A stretch of DNA of 63,670 bases, counting the filler, from Bigelowiella natans CCMP2755 (taxonomy: Eukaryota; Protista; Cercozoa), in NCBI GenBank assembly GCA_000320545.1. It is 7 parts of 7 records of this genome, joined end to end, with 100 filler letters (N's around TTAATTAATTAA, not from the genome) between each part and the next. Parts side by side here need not be neighbours in the genome. Positions count along the whole stretch, not along the records: positions 36,751 to 53,453 come from ADNK01001582.1; positions 53,554 to 55,291 come from ADNK01000605.1; positions 55,392 to 60,351 come from ADNK01003626.1; positions 60,452 to 62,393 come from ADNK01000209.1; 3 more parts are not named here. One strand, written 5' to 3'. Numbering within the stretch: position 1 is the stretch's first letter; each line of letters opens with the position of its first letter. Below, in pieces: positions 43,515 to 62,250 of this stretch. The notes under the pieces are model-generated. The model was given only the letters and a program-made list of their open reading frames with translations, ran no database searches and was not told the origin of the DNA. Both the position numbers and the translations under genes were made by a program.

Positions 43515-45019
43515 AACCGCACGCCACTTGATTATAGTTGTCATCAGTAAAAACTAGCAGGCAGCGCTTATTAAAAGGCTGCAACGGCAAGAAGAGTGCA
43601 AAAATACCCACAATACTAATGCAATGATATTCGTTGTGCCCTCATATCGTCGTGTCTAGTACTAAGCCATGATGCTGTCAGTAAAGACATAAACCTGTCA
43701 TTCATGTGCTATGCATGCGTACGGTGCTACGTAGCAGAGATGTATGAAGCGGCGCAATCTAGCAATGATCGCGAGCAGGATGCCCTTGTAATCTGATCAC
43801 AAAAGCTGACTCCCGCTGTGATGTGTCGTCCATGTAGTAAGTGCGGCGTTATTAATCCATCTAAATTTCCAGCAAGAGCCCAGTACATGCCCCTTTAGGG
43901 TGTGTACGGAAGCTCGATCTAGCTAGCTAGCTGGACATGCTGCACACACGTTGGAAACAACAATGATTGACATCGCTGTTGCGCAAGCCACAGGGCGTCA
44001 CGTCATGCTAGCAGCATGCTAGCATGCTGCTAGCATGTGCAGTACAAATAAGCACATTTGGACATGTCCAGCATGTCCTTTTAGCTAGGGCATGCAGCTC
44101 TAGAGCTAGACAGTGTGGGGGGTCTCTAGTTCCATGCATCGATCACTGTGCGCACCACATGCAGTCCATTAGCTGTGCGCGCACAAAGTAGCTCGACCGA
44201 GCTAGCGAGAGATGCATGCGCGATTGTTGCATCGCATGTTTCGATCAAACGGCGCGCGATGACTGACACAGACACAGCTAGATAGTAGTTATGTGCATTT
44301 GTGCCTCACCATATACACGCAACTGTCGCTGAATGATTTCCGACTTATGTGCGCTATGTTTGTTGCGCAGGCGCACATGTGGCGTGCTACTTGAATTTGC
44401 TAGTTTGTTGTGCAGTTGTGCAATGCACACAAATCCACATGACAGAATGCACGCTATCGTCGCTACGATCTAGCGATGCGTGTTGCATATTTATGTGATG
44501 CCATGAACAGCACATCATGATGTACGTGTCATGCACATCATTGCGTGCGTCATAAAGACCTTGATAGTCCGCGCGATACATGCATAACTAGGTAATGGAT
44601 ACAACCTATATTATATATGCTTAAGTGCTGTGTAGCCGCTGCTTTCTAGCTTTGCATAGCTACATTAGGATGACTATATATTGAAAGATTTAATCACTTC
44701 ATATTGCATCCGTCTCAAATAGCTTATGCGTATGTGTACTAAATAACGTTACACGTTCGTCGCGGTCATGCGCGCATAAATAACGATCTAAATAGACTGC
44801 GAGAAATAGCAAATTTATAAGCGTGCAACACTATTAATTGATAGCGCTTCATGTAAGCAAGAGTGCGTGCAGCTACACATGCACATGCCATATACATGCG
44901 TCAATCGTTTCGTTCCAGCTCTATTTACTTGGTTTAGAGATTTTCAGTGAGCCTTATCATGTGATGTGGCCATGCATAAAGTAGAAATCGCTGTAAATTA
45001 TTATCGTCTTCCCGCCTCA

Positions 45020-45118
45020 TCATCCTGATTTCCATACAAGTACGAACATATCTCTAAACCGTATGGATACGTAGCGCTTTGCCATATGTGTCACCTGAAT
45101 TATTAGGCGTAGAAGATG

Positions 45119-45191
<73 letters not shown>

Positions 45192-46247
45192 TGATTAATA
45201 TAAACTACATGTATACACATGAAGGTTACATATAAGATCTGCTCAATGTATAGAAGGGTGGTGTAAACGGAATGAAAACACAAGTTTTTCTCTCCGTACA
45301 GAACACAGCCAGTATCATGTTTCGGGATAATAATCCCTGTGCGTCACAGTCGAACCAAAAAATAAAAGAAGCCCGCATTGAAATTCTGGGAAAAGAGATT
45401 TCTAAAGAGACTCTATGATCGCGTACAAACACAAGCGTCTAGATATCATTAATTACGTCAGATCCGTAGTCTCGTCCAACCACTACATTCCAGAATTTCC
45501 TACATCGCAGCAGCAACAAATGCATGAGCCCAAACAAAACTCACGAAGTTCAATCAATTCCTTAATAATATTTGCATTTAGTAAGCATCATCCAATCATC
45601 GATTATGCTGTTAATAGCTGAGCTGTTTTTCTCAATCTAATGAACATGTGTACATATATTTAGTCAAAATAGTGCCTGCATGCCAGAATGTGTCAGGCTT
45701 GGAACATACGAGTTAAAAATTCACTGTACAACAAGCCTACCCTTCAGGCGATTCGTCGCATTTTTGCCTAATGTACTTTGCCACTTCGGAAGGCCGTTGC
45801 GCCTTCATAAAACCTTCCTTAACGGTCTCCACCACCATTTTCTTAAGTTCCTCCGTCTACCAATAAAATCAAAAATTCAATTCCAAAGCGCATGTATACA
45901 ATTTTTGGCTTTTTTTTTAAACGAAACGCTGATTTGGTGGGGATGCATATCAGAAAAGAGAAAGACTGCCAGAGCATAGGCCAGTTGGTGCTCTGTGAGA
46001 ACACAAATATTCGTTTCCTCAAGAACATGAACCATATGCCCCGTAGTCAACTTGCCCCCTACCCTATCTCCTTTAAAATTGAGCCCTTACATCTCTAAAA
46101 TAACATTCTAATCCTCCTCATGGTCTATTTTAGAACAACTTGCGGACGTCTCTTCATGTAACGTCCTTTGCCCTCCCTCTCCCGGAAATTTCGTACCATA
46201 TCGACGTTCTTGAAAACAATATCATCTGCGCCCTTCTTATCAGCCAT
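45020..46247 (-). CDS. Dynein light chain, LC8 (DLC1) family, divergent member
   Basis: Exons 46247-46197, 45856-45741, 45499-45457 and 45094-45020 give MADKKGADDIVFKNVDMTEELKKMVVETVKEGFMKAQRPSEVAKYIRQKCDESPEGKFWNVVVGRDYGSDVTHMAKRYVSIRFRDMFVLVWKSG*. Not visible in the ORF track. Confidence 0.9.
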
Positions 46248-46702
46248 CGGTTAGACGGGGGAGTAGCACTACCGCGTTTAAGTCTACTTCAACTGAATCG
46301 ATCTTCTGCCACAGTGCAGAGGAGGAGGGGGCGGGGTCGTTACACGGGTGAAGTTGAATCTGGCAGACTCAGTAAATATTGGGTATTTATCAAGTACGAC
46401 AAAATTAAAACTGTTGTCGCAGCCTTAAAATACTCAAAATGATTAATGTTACATGCAACGTCACGGTACATTCCTTGTCGTTAACTAAAAATGTACAGGC
46501 ATAAAGCAGATTAGTGAGGACGCCGTGAATGTGCATTTAGGGCACTTTTCCACACCAGAAACAACTGAACTCCAGATTGAAAAAGGACAGGGCTGAATAA
46601 CCAAAATAAAAACAGAATACCCATCGTTTTCAACCTGCGACAAAGATAGTTTGAAGTCGCACAAAAATTATCTCTTCCAACTTCGGAATCGCAGATGATG
46701 AG

Positions 46703-47138
46703 ATGGGCCCTGCCCGAGCTCCCCGACACATCGCCTTCGTCGCTTTTGCAGCCATGGTAATGATTCTCGGAGGGCCCCTTGGCATGTTCCCGACGATAGA
46801 AGGTATACCTAAAAATATCAACGCTATATTCCTTCTCACTACTTCTCTTTATGTATCATGCAATCTCCAGGAAAACCTGCGGTTGAGTTACGCGGAAGTG
46901 CCAAAACCACGAATATAGAACTCTCCGACAGATTGCGTGCTCCTAGGAGGAAGAACAAAAAGGGCGTTCCCCCGCGTCGTCGGATGGTACTGTTATTTGG
47001 AAGTTTCTAATTGATACAGGGTTGGTCGCTTATGATATATGCCGTGGCAGCACCCCACTCCGGCGATGCTCTTGCATAAAGGAACTCCTCTGGTATCTTC
47101 AGTGTCGAATACACACACACACACACACACACGCACAA

Positions 47139-47177
<39 letters not shown>

Positions 47178-47528
47178 ATTACATACATCGAAAGAGAAAA
47201 ATATAACGAGAGCGGGGTGGGGGGGGGAGAGAGAGGGAGATTGCTTGCGGATGAGTTCTTTGAGAAAATAACAATCTGCATCATCCTCAGCGCCTCCAGG
47301 CATGTGCACTTTCTAACTGCCTTTTACAAAAAACAGAATCCAAAATCGCGCCGAAAGAATACAAACGAGGAGAAGGTGGGCTATGGAAGCTTTCATGCCG
47401 CATTACACAGTTGTCATCGTTAGCTCGTGCTTGTTCTCCGACAAAGCTCTAATCGCTGTTCTCATGCAGATGCTGCGGAGATATCATCTTCAGGATATAC
47501 AATACCGTTTCTTCGTTCGACTAGCAGG

Positions 47529-47569
<41 letters not shown>

Positions 47570-48015
47570 TACACACACATACGCAGACTCACTCGCGGAG
47601 AGAGGTAGAGCGGGGGGGGAGGGGCTTCCTATTTGCCGCATTATTCTCTAAAAAGAAACAGTAGAAAGTGCTTAAAATATATTTTGAGCAAGATATTTTA
47701 AATATGACCTGCTATATGTGGACTGTACCCGAAATGATAGTTGTAACAACTAATATCCATGCACAACATGCTGCTGCTACTTCTCAAATACTATCACCAC
47801 AGGCAGAGTGACATCACTGGCGCATACGATCTCTCGGTTACCAGAGGACAGTGAGAAAAGAAGAAAGGCGACGAACGTGCTTATTGACGAGTGAGCAATA
47901 CATCTTTCAACGTGCCACAACCTGTATCCCCCCCCCCCCTCCCTCCCCCCATCTTGCGATACGTGCATTTATTCGCCATGTCTTCATTCATTCGAGGTTC
48001 TGTGTTCGTCGCTGT

Positions 48016-48052
<37 letters not shown>

Positions 48053-48741
48053 ACTTGGGATTGAATTTGGCCATTAGGTTGTTTAACTATGGCGTAATTC
48101 CGAGCAAGCTTATTAAAATAGATGACTTAAAGAACTTTCCAGCGACAGCATTTGCACGGTAAGAGAACATCTATATATGTACATATAATATATACACACA
48201 CACATGGTGTTTCTTTCTCACTTTGATTGTGCTTGCTTGGGAAACGAGCGAAAATGAGGAGGGGAGATGGGTATGTTGTGTGAGTCGGTGAAAATCTATG
48301 TGACCCTGCGAAGGCAATATCGTAAATACGAATAAATGAAGAACAGATTTATATATTGTAAAAATAAATAATATATAGGCGGCAGTTATGGGTCATTGCA
48401 CTGAAGAGGGGTCTAGGTAATAAGCATCGATATTCAGCCTTAGCAGCCTAAAAATGGCTGCGAAATCAGCACTAGCGAAGGGCATGCTGGTGGCGACACG
48501 TATGATTGAAATGTGTAGTGAAAAAATAATGGATGTTTGTACGCATGTATGGGGTCGTATGCGGTGAAATTCACTGCATTATCACGCGATCCTGTACACG
48601 CGAAAACTCAAAAAAAAAAAAATGCGGTATTGGCTGCAATGTTGGCTGTACGCTCAGGTGCTGGATATCAAGTGACTCGAGACTTCATCCGTAACGTATG
48701 TTTCAACGCACGGAAAGATATGCATACTGTATTGTCATATA

Positions 48742-48779
<38 letters not shown>

Positions 48780-49526
48780 TATCAGATAATGTAAACTGTT
48801 ATGCATGATTAGGGCGATGTATTCGTCGGGGTTGATTGCGTTCGCAACCCCTTCTTCTTCGTGAATCGAGAAGTGGAACAGATGGTACACCTCACCACAA
48901 AACCCGAAATGGCATCTCCTTCATCACTTTGCACGGCGGCGAGGGCGTTGTCATAATAAACCGCATTTTTCTTCTTTTTTTCGAAAAAACAACTGAAACG
49001 GCAACCACCCTGCTTGGCTGGCTACTGCGCCATTCCTCCCAATCGACGGGATGCGAGCAGTATCATCCTTTTTGACGTTGACCCCGATGCGTTGGAAAAG
49101 GTGCGATGGAATCCGGTGAGCAAGATACGGGAGAAGATCCGGCGCTTTCACCACACTCACGACGACTACGAGGTGCTCCTTCGTTCAAACAATAAAGGAC
49201 AAAAACATAAACTAGACGTGTGTGTGTTTGTGTGCGTGTGTGTGTGTGTGTATGCCTCTCACGGTTATCGCGGAGCAGCTAAAAAGCCATTCCAACGCGA
49301 ATACAGCAAAAATCAAAAGCAGCATCGTTGATGGCAGAACGAGCAATTTGCTTGCAAAAGCCGCATATAACATTGACTGCTGCAGATCTTAACATCAAAT
49401 TGGAACTGCGTCTTGACACCAGCTGCCATTCGCTTTTTGCGCTTATAGGTAATGAATGGCCAATACGTTGTTCCAGAGGCCGAGTTGGAGAACCTGCGTC
49501 CTTTACTGTAAGACATCTGCATACCG

Positions 49527-49562
<36 letters not shown>

Positions 49563-49856
49563 CAATGATAATTTCGAAGAGGCTCACGACATATGAGAAA
49601 CCGCTGGCATGAACATGAGCTCAACTATCGTCGGGGTTGATGAAGATGCTACAATTCGTTATTGCACTAGCCCTAAATCGCGCACATTGAAAGGACAGTT
49701 CTTCACGCAATGGTTTTGTGCTTCTCGCGCTAATCGGCAGCTATATTCGCCTTTGTTCTTTCTTGTTGTAGGGATGATGACATCTTTGACCCCTACACGG
49801 CTTTCCGAAGGGTGAAATCAGATTTTGCAGTAGTGTTGATTTGACTGATTGTAAGA

Positions 49857-49895
<39 letters not shown>

Positions 49896-49930
49896 CACGC
49901 TTTACGTCTGAGTGCGTAGATCCTTTAGTT

Positions 49931-49970
<40 letters not shown>

Positions 49971-50651
49971 TATATTAATATATTAATATATATTCGTTAT
50001 TCATCCGAGGCCACGCTTATAAACAACATAGACTGAAGCCGAATTGATACAAGACAAGAGAAAGATGCTCAAAGATCCATATTCCACCGGGAGACTTCCG
50101 CACTTCCAAACGTTAGAGGAGGTCCACGAGTACCAAAAGGTAGCGCTCGACGAAAAGGACACAAAGCTCATCGTATCGATAGAGTGCCACATCGATCACT
50201 GTCAGGGTTTTTTTCTTCAGAAGTTCTATTCTTTTCCTTTTTTCAATTTAAAAAAAAAAAAAAAAAAACTGTTTTTCGTTTTTCCTTCCTCGGCGAGTCA
50301 TACGACTGTGCACACCGCCCTTTTGCTTCGAAAAAAGACAAGGACGCGTCAGCGTGCCAAACATCCCAGTGAGCCGTCTCCTTCAAGAGGAATCTCGATT
50401 CACAACTTTTCGCTTCGCAGTGCCTCCCTGTGGTTTTTCATTGAAAAGGCATTTGTAAGTCTTTGCATACAACGCGCACTGTTTACGCATCCCCAGAACA
50501 CGATGGTGGAGAAGACAAAGCTGCCTGGGGGTGCAGTCGCATTCCGATTTGTCGAGCCGTTTGCCTCGCGAATAATGCACGACGAGAAGGTTGGCGATAT
50601 GCTTCGATCTTACGACATGAAGAAAGGTAATTTCGAACATCTCAATAAATA

Positions 50652-50692
<41 letters not shown>

Positions 50693-50716
50693 GTGTGTGT
50701 GTGTGTGTGTGTGTGT

Positions 50717-50764
<48 letters not shown>

Positions 50765-51075
50765 TTTGATTTACGTTATGATGACGCGAGAAACTGCGCG
50801 GTCGTCACTTTCATTTAAGTATTTTAATTTCATGGTTTTTCATTGATGGGTATTCTTTCCTTTTTACCAATTGATGAGGATACGCATTGGCATGCTCATC
50901 GCCCATAAATATTCTATGATGCTGCGGTGAAATTAGGCCGACTGGAAGCTCCTCCTGGCACCGCCATATACGCAAGAAGAAAGCGACTCGCAGAGAAGAA
51001 TCATAGAGAGACGAAGGAGCACAGCGCCCCTGGGGCAGTGTTATAATGATGACCTTAAAACAAACGTCAACTAGC
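46703..51075 (+). CDS. Hypothetical multi-exon protein with an N-terminal signal peptide
   Basis: MGPARAPRHIAFVAFAAMVMILGGPLG.. followed by many short GT-AG exons (LFNYGVIPSKLIKIDDLKNFPATAFAR; IILFDVDPDALEKVRWNP...; TEAELIQDKRKMLKDPYSTGRLPHFQTLEEVHEYQK; NTMVEKTKLPGGAVAFRFVEPF...). Whether this is a single gene is not established. Confidence 0.4.
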
Positions 51076-53239
51076 ATGCTCTAGTGCTAGCTAGCTGAAT
51101 TAGGCTCGTATAAATTCTTGTCTTATCGTTATCGCTGCTAAATATAATGTCCATATGTAGCCTTACTTCAGGCACTCCTAGACTCTCTAATTCTCACCAA
51201 TGCATGCTAGCATGCTCCGGCCGCACTCGCTCAGCCGCAAGCCGAATGCGCGATAAGAATATGGCTTGATCACACTACTCACTTGCTTTCATTTACGCAT
51301 CTTTAGTAAATCATCAACTTAACCGTAGTAGTGACCATGCACATTTCATCATAAGCTGCAGCAGCCATTGCAGTGAGATATGAATGATGATAGCGGTATG
51401 AACATTACTGAACCTCGGTTTCTTTACATGTGTACACTTGCTGTTGCGACATCACGCATGCACTTCTACTGACCAGCTAAGCTGGCATCATAGCTCTCGT
51501 ACGAGGCGCGAATAATAGCCGAATAATCACGTCTTCTGCTGCTTGGAACTTGAAAAAAGCACCTCCATTTCGCCCTCCAATCTGAATAACATAGCAATAA
51601 AAATTCATCCTAGATAGCATGCTTTTTCCCTTCTCACGTTGGAACTTTACCAACGCATAGACGACCGCTCTGGCCGTGAAATCGATTTCTTGCACGGATT
51701 AGCTAGTTTCGAAATTAAAAAAAAAACCAACCTGAATCCTTCCAGAAGGAAGACGGACTTCTCCGACCTACCAGCGTAACAGGTGAGCATTCTGCTAGCA
51801 ATCGCTTGTCGTAGCTATAAAACACAACGCGCCTTCCAATCCAATCATGTGCGTGAAGTAGGGGGTATTTATGCTAGACATCGTCCTTATCGAAGCCGGG
51901 TTCAAAGCGTATGCGAATCACATGAATGCTTGGCACAATACCAAAAATAGCCACCAAATTCGCTATGTTTGTAACCAGAATCCTGTCTATTTCGCAAGAT
52001 AATATACCATCTCCCCCCCCCCGCCCCCCCGTTCCCACGGGGACAAAAAGGAAAAGTCATTACCCGAAAGTCCCCGGCACGTACGCAACCTACCATATAC
52101 CCGAATAGTTAAAAACAAATCATCAGTTATCAATCAGCAGTCGGTAAGACCTCCACACACGCACACAGGCATAAATACACACCGCCACTCGAATAGAAAA
52201 GTCAAGTCTTTGACTATTCGATTAAATGCTCGCCGTTAGCCATGTTTGGTGGTAAACAAACACCCCGTCAATGAAGGGCCGCTCACACGCATGTTTATAG
52301 GGTGATAATAACTGCGAAGTCAGCACGAATTAATGCCCTCCCCCCTCCCCCCTCCCTCACCATTTCTTTCGTCTCCGCCCCTCATATGCATTGCAGACAT
52401 ACGTGTGCATTTTGAGACTATATTATGAAAATTTTTCGCAATAATATATATGCATTTGCATGTATGATACTTACAGAATCGATGTCAGGCCGAAGAAGGC
52501 CCAGCTCTTTATAGGCTGCAGCAATCACCTCTGATATGGTAGTTTGATTTCTTTGAGCGTCGTTAGATTTTCATTCAGTACGGATTGTATCACTTCAAAT
52601 AAGTGCTGACTCAAATTAACTGCAAAGGGTATTCTCCCCCCCCCACCCCCTTATATTGCTGAGCAGCACATCTTTTCTCGCCATTTCCTCTCTTAAAAAC
52701 GTGCGCCGTATCACCATCACCTGAACAACAGAAAGTGTCCTTTTCCATCTCCTTCTGAGCGCTCTGTGCGCTATTCGTCGAGCCGTACCAAGCATGAAAC
52801 ATCTACAACAACAACAACAACAACAACCACAACCAAAGCAAACAAGAGAGTCATTACTCTCTTTCATCACCCCAGCCTTCTGGCTTTACGTGCAAAGCAC
52901 TCTGAACAACAGATGCCGGCGAACAAAACCAACACGACTGCACGAAGTGGTAGGGAAAGCAAGATTCATGCTGCGTTCTAGACGCCGTGAGTATGAAATG
53001 ACATCGAGCATCTCTCATTGGCTACGATTGGCCAGTCACCTTCCATGCCTTGATCTGGTACCGTCGCCCAGAGATAGATCGAGAGAACCTATCGAGTTTT
53101 TTCTCGACGTCCAAGCGCTCTCTGGGGCCGACGAGTCTATCAAAGAAGAGGAGGAGGGGGGAGGGGGGAGCAAAATAGTGGTAGTGGTGGTTGAAGTATA
53201 CGCTCAATTGCACCGACGACGATGATGATGATGATAATC

Positions 53240-53275
<36 letters not shown>

Positions 53276-53553
53276 GCAAAAACTGTGGTTTCGTGTTGAT
53301 ATGGACATTGTCGATAGCGGTATTTCTAGAACAAGCCAATACTACCTTCGTAACGCTATGTGCTCATACTGTGTGTACCAGGCTGAAGATCGAAATACAT
53401 AAGCATAACAGATATAAAAGTTATAATTCGCACACATCCACACACACACACACNNNNNNNNNNNNNNNNNNNNNNNNNNNNNNNNNNNNNNNNNNNNTTA
53501 ATTAATTAANNNNNNNNNNNNNNNNNNNNNNNNNNNNNNNNNNNNNNNNNNNN

Positions 53554-53648
53554 AATTATTCTGCGCCTTGGGGGATGGATGTGCTGATTATCATGCATTA
53601 TTCGACAGGTGGCGAGCCAGCAGATGACTCCTTCCTTCGGGTAGTGGC

Positions 53649-53680
<32 letters not shown>

Positions 53681-54013
53681 AAGCAACAGCAGCAGTAGAG
53701 TCTCTGCCGTTTTCTAAGAATAACAGCAAAACAGCACCACGCGCGCAGAGGCATGGCGGGAGCGAAACATCGTCAGAAGCTTGATTTTTGATAAACTAAA
53801 TCTGTAGGAACCGCCCCTTCCGCGTGATCAGCCGATAATATCCAATAGCATGTGGAGGTAGCAGCAGCAGCAGCAGCAACTGCCCAAAGGAGAACCAGAA
53901 GAAGAAGAAGAAGAAGAAGAAGAAGACATACAATTGCTGGAATTTTGATTGACTCTCCCTCACTGTTATTCCCCTCTCCTCTGCCTCTCCCTCTGCACCC
54001 CCCCCTCGTTCTC

Positions 54014-54068
<55 letters not shown>

Positions 54069-54487
54069 GCAAAGATCGATCGTATGTAACGGGCTGTACA
54101 TCACGTTTTGCTCCGTGAATTTCCTGACCTGGGACCAGATCCGAGTAAGCAGAAGCAGCAGTTGTTGGTGTTTCTCCCACATGAAGGAGGGGGGGGGGGG
54201 GGGGGAGACGATCGATATATTTTTACACTCGTGTACCACACGATAACAAAGAGTTGCTAATGATGATGATGATGATGACGATGAAGATGACGATGATGAG
54301 TCTCTCCGCCACAGAACATGCATGTTCTGATGACTTCGCTCATGTTCTGATGACTTCTCTCTCTCCTTCTCTCTCCCTCTCTCTCCCCACTTTTAAATAG
54401 GGCATGTTTGATCGACGCATCAGTGCTGCACTCGCTCCAGTGGATATTGACGATCTAGACTTTAAAGAGACCGCCAAGGTGACGCGA

Positions 54488-54523
<36 letters not shown>

Positions 54524-54851
54524 ATTTCTGGCAATATAATAAAAGAATGGAGGGTCTGGGAGGAGAACTTACTGTTTTTTGGCTCTCATCCTCCTTACAT
54601 TTCTGGTTTTTCAATGGATTTCTCTCTGTTCCCCACACGTGGTCGTCGTCAAAATCTTATGCCCCCCCTCTCTCTCTGTCCCCCCCTTAAACGACTTAGG
54701 TGGAAGATATCCGCGACCTACGGATTCAGGTTGCCGCGTGTGTGTATGTGTGTGCGTGTGTGTTTGGAGGGGGGCGGTGAGAAATAATCTGGACAAAATA
54801 CGTGCTGATCTTTCCAAGCACGCTGACGATGGGGAGACGGTTCTTTCGATG
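53554..54851 (+). CDS. Exon fragments of an unidentified protein on a gap-bounded contig
   Basis: SIVCNGLYITFCSVNFLTWDQIR|GMFDRRISAALAPVDIDDLDFKETAK|VEDIRDLRIQ|..NLDKIRADLSKHADDGETVLSM, bounded by splice-like sites. Confidence 0.35.
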
Positions 54852-55391
54852 GTGAGTATCTATCTGCTGGTGGTGGTGCTGCATTTGCTAATCGATGATC
54901 AGGGTGGTCCGGTGTTTCTTACCGCATTCTTCTCCTTCTTCATCTTCATCTGCACCTTCAATGGTCCGTTGGTTCACGCACAAACATCATACAAACATCC
55001 ATCATAGGGAGAGGAAAGAGAGATAGATAATCCCTTTTATATTGATCACGTTGTCATCATTCCACAAGGTCATCATTTTCGAGTCCTCCTCCTCCTCCTC
55101 CTCTCTCCACCGCTTTCTAAAGCAATAATAGCCCTTCATCGTCGCCTTCATCTTGTTGTCCAACCATCGCTCCCCCCCCCCCCTCCTTCCGGTCTCCTCC
55201 TATAGCATGAATCTCTCTCTCTTTCTCTCCCCACGGAGGATTTTTTTTTTATTAACCAATATAAAGATTGAGGAAGGGGGCTACCGCTAATNNNNNNNNN
55301 NNNNNNNNNNNNNNNNNNNNNNNNNNNNNNNNNNNTTAATTAATTAANNNNNNNNNNNNNNNNNNNNNNNNNNNNNNNNNNNNNNNNNNNN

Positions 55392-59491
<4,100 letters not shown>

Positions 59492-59612
59492 TGAAGATGC
59501 TTTGCATATAATCAAGAATCCTTTAACCATCAATCTTACATGTCCACCCTCTGTCGTATCGTACTACTGCCACTATAACTACTATTTCACGTCAATCAAC
59601 AAAAATGTACCC

Positions 59613-59649
<37 letters not shown>

Positions 59650-60519
59650 CATGCTGAAACGATAGTACGACATTTGTTCAGGTGCCGTAAATCCTCTTGA
59701 TTGTGATTTTGGCTGGGGCAAGCTTGGAAATGAAACAAACAACTATAATGTAGGTGTTTCCTTCTTCCAACTCTCTTAGCCTGTTATGTTTCTTTGGGAT
59801 TGAAGGGCCTATATAAACGCTCTCTCTCTCTCTCTCCCAGCATCTCCTTTCAAAATACATATCTGCCAGTGTGTTTTTATACAAGCAAATATTTGGACAA
59901 ATGGAAATGTCGTTGGTCCTTCATTTATCTGTGCTCCTATTTTCTTCAATAATATGCATTTTAGCACTCACGCTACTCACATCCGCATGCAGCACGAAGA
60001 CCCTTACGTTGTGTCTTGATAGTCTGATAGTGCGAATAAATTCTAAAGTATCATATGCGAATAAATTTGAAAATTTAGTGTCGATATGAGGAAATAGCCT
60101 GCAGTTGTACATGGTCACCTACGGTATCTCCAAGTGTAACGTCGGTTCGATTGGTGAGGCAAACAACTAATTCTTTTCATCGTAAAACGATAGGCAGACT
60201 CATATGCATTAAAAATCAATATTGGTACTCCCACGAGCGTGCAAAGGGGGGGGAGGGGATGGGGTGGGGACATAATCCCTTCTTGGCATGAGTATAGACA
60301 CAAATAAGGTGGCTGGCGGGCCAGGAGATGGCATCAGCAGCGGCCGAGTGGNNNNNNNNNNNNNNNNNNNNNNNNNNNNNNNNNNNNNNNNNNNNTTAAT
60401 TAATTAANNNNNNNNNNNNNNNNNNNNNNNNNNNNNNNNNNNNNNNNNNNNAAGGACAGAACGGATAGGAATGTCGCTGTAAGCTGCTCACTGACACTTC
60501 TTCTTTTCAGAAAATCGAA

Positions 60520-60878
60520 TTAAATTCTCTCCCCACGCCATCGGGCTTTTCTTTTTCTTATTTTCTTTTCTTCTTTTTTCGTCGTCCATCGTGCTTCATC
60601 ATCCAATCCCCCATCCCCCCCATCCCTTTGGGAATAGTTGATCCTCACTCTCGTGGGCGATGCCGTCCCCCCCCCCATCACCGCTCTTATTCCTCTTGCT
60701 ACAGTTCTGCTCCACGTAGCTAATGCTAAAGCTGTTGGGGGGGGCGGAAGGGAGACCCGGCTGCAGGAGTGAAATTCTAGCGTCCACATCGTCGTCTTCT
60801 TCAGGGTCGTGGTCTTCCTGGGCGGCCATCCCCCCGCCGCGCCTCTCCGCCATCGGCGCTTCTGTGTGTATATATATG

Positions 60879-60923
<45 letters not shown>

Positions 60924-61336
60924 ATTTCCTTTTCTTCTTTTCTTTTTAAGAAATCAATTTTTTTTTAAAAAACACACATCCAAAATCTTATCAAAGAAAC
61001 GACCGAACGGAACATCAAGGAGGAGGAGATGTTCGTCGTCGGTGATGATGATGATGATGATGATGATGAGAAAGGATCTAAGCCATTTTGAGACACGCCA
61101 TAACGGCAAGGAATGGCGGTGGCGGTTGCGAAGCAGCTGTATTAATTAATGAGAATCATATTACGCAAGATTTGCGCTGGTCCTGCCCTTTCGTCGTCGT
61201 CATCGTTATCGTCATCATCATCGTGCAGCTCGAGAACAACAGAGCTATCACCTTTTTAGGGGAGGACGAGGAGCAATGGAGAGTGTGTGCATGTGCATGT
61301 GTATGTGTATGTGTACGTGTACGTGTACGTGTATAA

Positions 61337-61367
<31 letters not shown>

Positions 61368-62250
61368 TATATGAGTGTGTGTGAGAGAGAGAGCACACGA
61401 ATCAATACTCATCTTCCACATCGTAGGTAGGTACAAATATACACGTATTTCCATAAATCCTCTCTCCTTTCCGTGCAGTACAGACCGTCGTGGCGCTTGT
61501 CCAAAACCACGTCGTCATCGTCATCTTCCATGGCTGCCTTCGCCATCATCATCAGCCTCCTTCGGCGATCATCGGCCTCCGCCCACGGGGCCTGGTTCAT
61601 CGCGCATTAGTCAAGCAAAAGAGAAGAAATGGAGGGAGGGAGCGGTTGACGACGACGATGACGTTTTCGTTGTATAAATGATGACGATGCCGATTATTGC
61701 ACCTAGAAAATAGGTGTGTGGGATGTGGTGGTATTCACCTTCAGCGGCGGCGACTTTTCGTCGCCGGACGCAAAGGCAGCGGGCAAGGGTGGGATGGGGT
61801 TGATATCATCGAGGTGGGCTTGCATATCTGACTCGTGGCCACTTGTAGTCGCAGCGTTGTTATCGACGTTGTAGCTGCTCTTCTGGCTCGGGGGGGGCGG
61901 ATTGGGTGTGTTGGAGAACACCCGCATTGTGGAGATGTTACAAGGGCTTTTCTTCGCGCCGTGGGGGGGGGCGGCCTCCTTCTCTGTGCTCGTCTGGAGG
62001 CCTAGCATCGACGAGAGGGGCAGCTGCTGATGGTAGTGAACGCAGCATCAACCAAAAATTGCGATCTCAGGATGGAGGTGAGGAAGGGGGGGGGGGAGGG
62101 GCAGGGCTACTGCATATACGCGAATATGATGGGGCGTGCCATGAGCACCAAGCAAGTGTCCTTCGACTTCATCTCGCCAGATCCAAGGGAATGCGCGGGG
62201 GGGGCGAGATCATCAGGTTTGGGAGGAGGGGGAGAGGGGAGAGGGGTTGA
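60520..62250 (-). CDS. Low-complexity exon fragments of an unidentified protein
   Basis: Minus-strand coding-like blocks (AAQEDHDPEEDDDVDARISLLQPGLP...; AKAAMEDDDDDVVLDKRHDGL; LGLQTSTEKEAAPPHGAKKSPC...). No domain recognised. Confidence 0.3.
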
